Of a stretch of DNA of 64,000 nucleotides, positions 58,115 through 64,000 are shown piece after piece; within the stretch, counting starts at the first letter, position 1, and the number at the start of each line of letters is the position of its first letter. Below the pieces are notes generated by a model, which ran no database searches, was not told the origin of the DNA, and saw only the letters and a program-made list of their open reading frames with translations. Both the position numbers and the translations under genes were made by a program. The stretch comes from Bacteroidota bacterium (GTDB taxonomy: Bacteria; Bacteroidota; Ignavibacteria; UBA10030; UBA8401): positions 710,800 to 774,799 of the forward strand of contig JBBAAO010000001.1 of assembly GCA_041658205.1 (NCBI GenBank). Reading direction: 5' to 3'.

Positions 58115-59041
58115 ATGAACCCTCAGCATGACATTTATTTGATCAATCAATTTCCCGATTTCAATGCACCGGGATTTGATCTGCAACGATATTATTCACT
58201 CTTTTTAGAGAACAATGTCATCATCAATGCACAATCGTCCGATGTAGAATATGGAGAACATTGGGGACCGTTGTCGATCAAATGCGCGTTTCATGGAAAA
58301 GAATTTTATCATGCTGGAAGCAAGACCGTTGCAGTGGACGATTCCTCATTTTTGATCTTTAATGAAGGGAAGGTCTATTCCAGTTATATCAAATCGGATT
58401 CGAAGGTTGATTCCTTCACGATCAACTTCAATCCTGCGTTCGTTCAGGAAGTGGTTCAAAGCATGGTGCAACGCGATCTTGAAGTAAATGAAGATGGTGA
58501 GAAAGAAGTTCGATTCGTTGAGCGATTATATCCGCACAATCATTCCCTGACTCCGTTGCTGTTAAGATTGCAGAAAATGTCGTTGTCGCTTTATTCAAAT
58601 AAACGCCGTATTACAGAATTGTTCTGTGAAGTGCTTGAACGTTTGATCCTTTCACAAAAAGAGATCGAACAGGAGGTTTCCGCTATGACTCCCATCCGTC
58701 ATTCAACCAAGCAAGAGTTGTATCAGCGATTACATAGTGCAAAAGATTATATCGATTCCTGTTTTGCAGAGGATATTTCTTTGGATATGATCGCGAAAAC
58801 GGCACATCTTGCTCCCGTTTATTTTCTTCGTGAATTCAAAAAGAATTTTTATCTCACTCCTCATCAATATCTCACTCAGCGCAGGTTGGAAGAGGCGAAA
58901 TATTTGTTGCTGGCAAAGAAACGATCTGTCTCAGATGTCTGTATGAGTGTGGGATTCAGCGATCTCAGTTCATTCAGCAAACTCTTTAAAACCCGGACAG
59001 GATTTTCACCAGAACGATATCGCTCTATAGCGTTATCGTAA
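58115..59041 (+). CDS. AraC family transcriptional regulator
   Basis: 308 aa. C-terminal dual HTH_AraC (LTPHQYLTQRRLEEAKYLL..., SVGFSDLSSFSKLFK). Confidence 0.75.
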   Translation: MNPQHDIYLINQFPDFNAPGFDLQRYYSLFLENNVIINAQSSDVEYGEHWGPLSIKCAFHGKEFYHAGSKTVAVDDSSFLIFNEGKVYSSYIKSDSKVDSFTINFNPAFVQEVVQSMVQRDLEVNEDGEKEVRFVERLYPHNHSLTPLLLRLQKMSLSLYSNKRRITELFCEVLERLILSQKEIEQEVSAMTPIRHSTKQELYQRLHSAKDYIDSCFAEDISLDMIAKTAHLAPVYFLREFKKNFYLTPHQYLTQRRLEEAKYLLLAKKRSVSDVCMSVGFSDLSSFSKLFKTRTGFSPERYRSIALS

Positions 59042-59196
59042 TTTTTGACGCTCTTAAGTAGATCAAACTGAGGCGACAAGTTTTCGTTTTTTATTCGATA
59101 CATTTGAAATAGTCAATTTTCACCAAGCCTTCAGTTTTCCGTTTATGTAGGTTATCTCATCATTCATTTTTCATTTCATCATGTTGGAGATAATCT

Positions 59197-61626
59197 ATGC
59201 TCATCAGAGCCGCATTTGTTGTCACTCTCTTGTCACTTCAGTTCTCATGTGCCATTGCTCAAAACTTCACGAAAATTACAGATTCAACAAATCCAATTGT
59301 TTCAGCTTCAGGTTCCGGTGCCGCTGGATATTCGGGAGCAAGCTGGATGGATTATGACAATGATGGCGATATTGATCTTTTTGCCTGCCCGGATCATCTC
59401 TATAAAAATAATGGAAATGGATCATTCACTGAAGTGTTGAATCACGGAATTGGCGCAGGGTTACCCCACGCACCTGCCACCGGTGTAACCTGGGCGGATA
59501 TGGACAATGACGGTGACCTGGATTGTATGTATTCAGGGGCCGCTTCCGTGTTATATCGAAATAACGGTAAGGATTCCAATTTTTCTTTCACTTCGATCAA
59601 GCGTGGAGCTATTGCTTCTGTCAATAATCGTGGATGGGCAGGTGCCTGGGGAGATTTTGATAATGACGGCTTTGTGGACATGATCATTACTCATCCTCGC
59701 GGATTTGTCGGTACGCCGATCAGGAATCCTTTCTTCCGAAATCTTGGTGCTGGTGAATTTTCGAAAGTTGTCACCGGAGATGTTGTGAAGGATCTTGCTC
59801 CATACACCGTAGCAACATGGTATGATTATGATTTCGATGGAGACGAGGATCTCTTCATAGGAAGTGGTCCCGCAGGAACTCCGGCAAGGGATTATATTTT
59901 TAAGAATCTATTAAAAGAGAGCGGAAGCGCGATACTACAGCGCATCAATGATGGGATCCTGGGTACCGATCTTGTCGATGGCCAGGTGTGGAATTGGATC
60001 GATTATGATAATGACGGTGATCTTGATGCATATCTCACAAATTACACAGGAGTGTCGAACAACAATCTATACCGAAATGATAACGGAACTTTTGTCAAAA
60101 CTATTGCCGCCGATGTAGGTCCGATTGTCTCTTCAAATAGAGGTTCGCTCTCAAATATTTGGATCGACTGCGACAATGACGGGGATCTTGATTGTTATGT
60201 CACGCGCGACAGTGCAAGAACATCACAGTATTTTTCCAACAATGGAAATGGAACGTTTATCAAAATTGATTCTCTGCCGATGGTAAAAAACGCAGTTCCT
60301 CACATTGCAGCTGTTGCGGGGGATTATGATGATGACGGTGACATGGATCTTTTTGTTGTGAGCGGAGGATCGAACAATGAACTATACCGAAATGATCAAT
60401 CTGCATCGAATAATTGGTTGAAACTGAATGTTAAGGGCTTCCCTTTGAACAGATCTGCCATCGGTGCAAAAGTGAAGATGAAAGCAACCATCAATGGAAA
60501 ATCGTACTGGCAGTTCCGGGAGATCACAGCGCAGAATAGTTTTAACGGTCACAACAGCATGATAGCTCATTTTGGACTAGGCAATGCAACGGTAGCTGAT
60601 TCCGTAATTATTGAATGGCTCTCCGGATCAAAGAGCACCCTGGTCAATGTTCCGGCAAAACAGCTTCTGAACATCACTGAAAATGGAAAACAAAAATATT
60701 TGCGATCGGTTTTTTACGGCGATATCGAGGTCGATCAAGTTCCTTTTACGGTGAATTTTACGAATGTATCTTTCGGAGATTCATTATCAACGCCAACGTC
60801 GTGGAAATGGGATTTCAACAATGACGGGATCATCGATGCGACAACGAAAAATGCGTCATTTACTTACATTAAACCTGATACATATTCTGTAAAACTGATC
60901 ATCTCGGACGGAATAACGAGCGATACGCTTGTCCGCCAAAAATACATTATTGCTAAGCCGCTGGTATCCGTCGTCAGCATCAACACGGTACAGCATCATT
61001 TTGGAACGATCGATGTGAATACCGAAAAGAGAGATACGACGATCACAATTTATAATTTGGGGAAGGGAACGGATTCCATTTTTGTTTCCCTGAAGTACGG
61101 CAGTTCCGGTCCGGGAACAGTGAAACCCGATTCGGCTCTGTCAATATCAACGAAAGGTTTCTTCCTTGCCGCCTATGATTCTCAAAAAATCACTTTTACA
61201 ATCTTTCCGCGAAAAGTAACACGAACGAATTTGACCATTACATATACTCCTGTATTGATCATCACATCAAAGAACAACGATGGAAAGAAGGTATTTGAAA
61301 AGGATATGTATTTCAAATTATCGGGAACACTCATGGGAGTTGACGACTCAGAGTTGAAACCGCGTGCTTTTTCATTATCGCAAAATTATCCCAATCCGTT
61401 CAATCCCTCGACGATCATACAATTTCAAATCCCCGAAAAAAACATGGTGACAATGATCCTCTATGATGCGATTGGACGGGAAGCAAAGAGATTGATCAGT
61501 GAAGAACGGGACCAAGGAGAATACTCCTTTTCCTTGAATGGCGAGGGACTCTCAAGCGGGTTGTATTATTATACTCTTCGAACCGGTAGTTATTCCGAGA
61601 CAAAAAAGTTGATGCTACTGAAATAG
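59197..61626 (+). CDS. FG-GAP/VCBS repeat protein with an ASPIC/UnbV domain and a T9SS C-terminal domain (paralog of the gene at 55580)
   Basis: 809 aa. Same architecture as the gene at 55580 (DYDNDGD repeats, FNGHNSMIAHFGLGNA, C-terminal NYPNPFNPSTII). Confidence 0.7.
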   Translation: MLIRAAFVVTLLSLQFSCAIAQNFTKITDSTNPIVSASGSGAAGYSGASWMDYDNDGDIDLFACPDHLYKNNGNGSFTEVLNHGIGAGLPHAPATGVTWADMDNDGDLDCMYSGAASVLYRNNGKDSNFSFTSIKRGAIASVNNRGWAGAWGDFDNDGFVDMIITHPRGFVGTPIRNPFFRNLGAGEFSKVVTGDVVKDLAPYTVATWYDYDFDGDEDLFIGSGPAGTPARDYIFKNLLKESGSAILQRINDGILGTDLVDGQVWNWIDYDNDGDLDAYLTNYTGVSNNNLYRNDNGTFVKTIAADVGPIVSSNRGSLSNIWIDCDNDGDLDCYVTRDSARTSQYFSNNGNGTFIKIDSLPMVKNAVPHIAAVAGDYDDDGDMDLFVVSGGSNNELYRNDQSASNNWLKLNVKGFPLNRSAIGAKVKMKATINGKSYWQFREITAQNSFNGHNSMIAHFGLGNATVADSVIIEWLSGSKSTLVNVPAKQLLNITENGKQKYLRSVFYGDIEVDQVPFTVNFTNVSFGDSLSTPTSWKWDFNNDGIIDATTKNASFTYIKPDTYSVKLIISDGITSDTLVRQKYIIAKPLVSVVSINTVQHHFGTIDVNTEKRDTTITIYNLGKGTDSIFVSLKYGSSGPGTVKPDSALSISTKGFFLAAYDSQKITFTIFPRKVTRTNLTITYTPVLIITSKNNDGKKVFEKDMYFKLSGTLMGVDDSELKPRAFSLSQNYPNPFNPSTIIQFQIPEKNMVTMILYDAIGREAKRLISEERDQGEYSFSLNGEGLSSGLYYYTLRTGSYSETKKLMLLK

Positions 61627-61651
61627 ATGAAATGAGTAAAGATTACTATAT

Positions 61652-62752
61652 TTGGCAATGAAGAAACTCATCCGTTTCATTGTATCCTGTTCTTTTATTT
61701 TCTTTCCCTCCTGCGAAGAGAATGCCATTGATCCTGTCATACCGATTGTCAATACACCGCAGTATCAATGGGAGAGTGCATCGTTGGTTTCTCAGAATAT
61801 CGATTCGGTGAAGATCGATTCTGCTGTGTTACAATTTGGTGCAAATGAGAATATCTATTCCTTTATTCTCGCTCGTAATGGTTACTTGGTGAAGGAATAT
61901 TATCGGTCTCAATTCTATTTTTACAATGAGTTTGAACTCCGCTCCGTGACAAAAAGTATTATCTCGGCACTCGTCGGTATCGCGTTACAGAAAGGAGTGA
62001 TCGATAGTCTCGATCAACCGATGCTATCGTTCTTTCCTGAATATGATTCTCCGGAACTCGATCCGAGGAAGAAATTGATCACTGTCCGGCATTTGCTGAC
62101 TATGCGAGCTGGTTTTGATTTCAGCGACAATAATCCTCCACCATATTTAGATTCTCCGACAGCTGACAGAGTAAAACTGATCATAGAACTTCCGTTGAAA
62201 TACAATCCGGGTGAGCGATTCTATTATGGATCGGTACAGACACATTTGCTTTCGGCGATCATCACGAAACGGTCAGGAATGTCTACGCTGGAGTTTGCCA
62301 AGAAATATTTGTTCACTCCTGCAAAGATCAATGCCGGATATTGGAGTAAAGATCCGCAGGGAATATACTCAGGCGGTTCCGGTCTATTAATGTCACCAAG
62401 AAATATGGCGAGATTTGGGTTTCTCTATCTGCACAACGGAATGTTGGACAGCGTCCGAATATTACCCCAGAGCTGGATTGAACAAAGCACTCTTCCAAAC
62501 AATGCTGCCAATGGTATATGGGGAGATTTATCAAATGTCAATTATGGTTTTTCATGGTGGACAAATTATGACAGTCACGATAGTCTCTATTTTGCTGCCG
62601 GATCAGGAGGTCAGTATATTATGATCGTTCCCTCAAAGAATGCTGTTATTGTTGCTACGGCAAATCCAAATGTACCGGCAGAAATTGCCGGGCAGCAGGA
62701 GGATGAGATTATGAATATTCTTGTTCGGTATGTTATTCCCTCCTTGCGATAA
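61652..62752 (+). CDS. Beta-lactamase family serine hydrolase (class C / penicillin-binding-protein-like)
   Basis: 366 aa with a signal peptide. S-x-x-K motif RSVTKSI. A YxN-like motif and other beta-lactamase-fold hallmarks. Confidence 0.7.
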   Translation: MAMKKLIRFIVSCSFIFFPSCEENAIDPVIPIVNTPQYQWESASLVSQNIDSVKIDSAVLQFGANENIYSFILARNGYLVKEYYRSQFYFYNEFELRSVTKSIISALVGIALQKGVIDSLDQPMLSFFPEYDSPELDPRKKLITVRHLLTMRAGFDFSDNNPPPYLDSPTADRVKLIIELPLKYNPGERFYYGSVQTHLLSAIITKRSGMSTLEFAKKYLFTPAKINAGYWSKDPQGIYSGGSGLLMSPRNMARFGFLYLHNGMLDSVRILPQSWIEQSTLPNNAANGIWGDLSNVNYGFSWWTNYDSHDSLYFAAGSGGQYIMIVPSKNAVIVATANPNVPAEIAGQQEDEIMNILVRYVIPSLR

Positions 62753-62880
62753 ACGAAATGAATCGTCATTGCATGTATTTCGTAATCATTCTATCCCTCT
62801 CCAATGTATTTCATCACATTCAATTTTCAGATCGGTGATTATTTACCGTTATTGAGAACAATTCATCATAAAGGGGAAGT

Positions 62881-64000
62881 ATGAAAACCGTCGTTGTCGT
62901 AAGTATTCTCTTTGTAACATCTCTTCATTCTCAATGGCTTCTGCAAACCAGTAATTCAGCTGAAGTGTTATTGGGTGTTTCATTCCCTGCAAACGATACC
63001 GGTTACATCGTCGGAACGAGCGGTCTAATTTTGGCAACAACAAATGGTGGTAGTTCATGGAATTCAAAACCAAGCGGCACCACAAAATTTTTGCGGGATG
63101 TCTATTTTTCGTCTGTTGAATCCGGTGTGGCAGTGGGTGAAAGCGGATTAATCATTCGAACCACAAACAAAGGAACATCATGGACTCCGGTTTCAAGTGG
63201 AACAACTGAACATTTGGTCCACGTCCATTTTGCTAACCGTTCAATCGGAATGGCATCGGGTCATATCGGCACAGTTTTAAAAACGACTGATGCAGGGAAT
63301 TCGTGGAAGAACACCACTACGGGAGTAAATGTTGAGCTCACTGGAATCTATGTTATCAACGATACAACAGCATGTGCAATTGGGTTTTCCGGGACAATCA
63401 TTCGAACGACAAATGGAGGTGCTACGTGGGTTCCGCAAACAAGTACTGTCATCAACGATCTTCGAAGCGTTTGGTTTACCAGCGCGAATACAGGTTATGT
63501 CGTCGGCATGGGAGGAAAAATTCTGAAGACAACCAATGGTGGATCAAATTGGAATGCACTCGTCAGCGGAAGTTCCAACAATCTTTATGCGATCACTTTT
63601 TCTAATGAACTCAATGGTGCAGCAGTGGGGAACGGTATCATTCTCCGCACAACCAATGCAGGTACAAGTTGGATACCACAGTCGGTCAGTTTTACGGGTG
63701 ACTTGTACGGAGTAGATTTTACCGACAATGTGAATGGATGGTCAGTTGGACAACAGGGAAAAATATTTAATACAAATTCACCGGTGACAGGGTTTAACGA
63801 TCTTTCAAACGACAATTCTATTACCTCATTTGCTCTTCATCAAAATTATCCTAATCCATTCAATCCAAGTACAACAATTTCCTATTACATTCCTTTTGCA
63901 AGTCGGGTAAAACTATTGTTGTTTGACGCTCTTGGGAGAGAGCTAGCTGTTTTGATAGATCAATTTCAAGATAAAGGGGCTTATCACACAACATTGTCAT
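62881..64000 (+). CDS. BNR/Ycf48-like repeat (sialidase-fold beta-propeller) protein with a T9SS C-terminal domain; 3' partial at the window edge
   Basis: Open frame from the ATG at 62881 to the window end. Repeated (T)TNGG.SW propeller blades. Ends with HQNYPNPFNPSTTISYYIPF...LLLFDALGRE. Confidence 0.6.
   Translation, partial: MKTVVVVSILFVTSLHSQWLLQTSNSAEVLLGVSFPANDTGYIVGTSGLILATTNGGSSWNSKPSGTTKFLRDVYFSSVESGVAVGESGLIIRTTNKGTSWTPVSSGTTEHLVHVHFANRSIGMASGHIGTVLKTTDAGNSWKNTTTGVNVELTGIYVINDTTACAIGFSGTIIRTTNGGATWVPQTSTVINDLRSVWFTSANTGYVVGMGGKILKTTNGGSNWNALVSGSSNNLYAITFSNELNGAAVGNGIILRTTNAGTSWIPQSVSFTGDLYGVDFTDNVNGWSVGQQGKIFNTNSPVTGFNDLSNDNSITSFALHQNYPNPFNPSTTISYYIPFASRVKLLLFDALGRELAVLIDQFQDKGAYHTTLS

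Overview
This 64 kb window is a chromosomal segment from a low-GC (about 40%) bacterium of the FCB group (Ignavibacteriota/Bacteroidota-like). I base that on three things: several proteins end in the T9SS C-terminal sorting motif (NYPNPFNPSTTI...), many gene starts lack a Shine-Dalgarno sequence, and the primary sigma factor is short (288 aa). Genes are densely packed on both strands. Most are housekeeping or metabolic: a GH13 amylase, a GH92 mannosidase, an isovaleryl-CoA dehydrogenase with a carboxyltransferase beta subunit, corA, rlmB-lgt-hisS-ptsN, a fused NDP-sugar pyrophosphorylase/phosphomutase, deoB, a sigma factor, def-fmt, crcB, parAB, ridA, maeB, a macA/macB-like efflux pair, a lipid kinase, metF, ddl, and a LytS/LytTR two-component pair. 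I found no rRNA or tRNA genes, no CRISPR array and no classical IS transposase. Accessory content is: (i) a low-GC islet of about 1.9 kb (5.5-7.45 kb) bounded by imperfect inverted repeats, carrying an HNH nuclease, an unknown partner gene and a translationally coupled micro-ORF, with no methyltransferase; this is the best candidate for an undescribed restriction/defence cassette. (ii) A VapB-like/PIN-like/GDCCVxC triad translationally chained to deoB. (iii) A hicB-hicA pair. (iv) A four-helix-bundle (23S IVS family) gene flanked by inverted heptamer-repeat arms. (v) Two near-identical promoter+hairpin modules upstream of metF and of a cNMP-binding gene. (vi) A three-gene secreted/T9SS operon with an (AAAAC)n tract at its start. 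(vii) Two paralogous FG-GAP/ASPIC-UnbV T9SS proteins flanking an AraC regulator. All functional calls are from motif recognition by eye; I could run no database searches.
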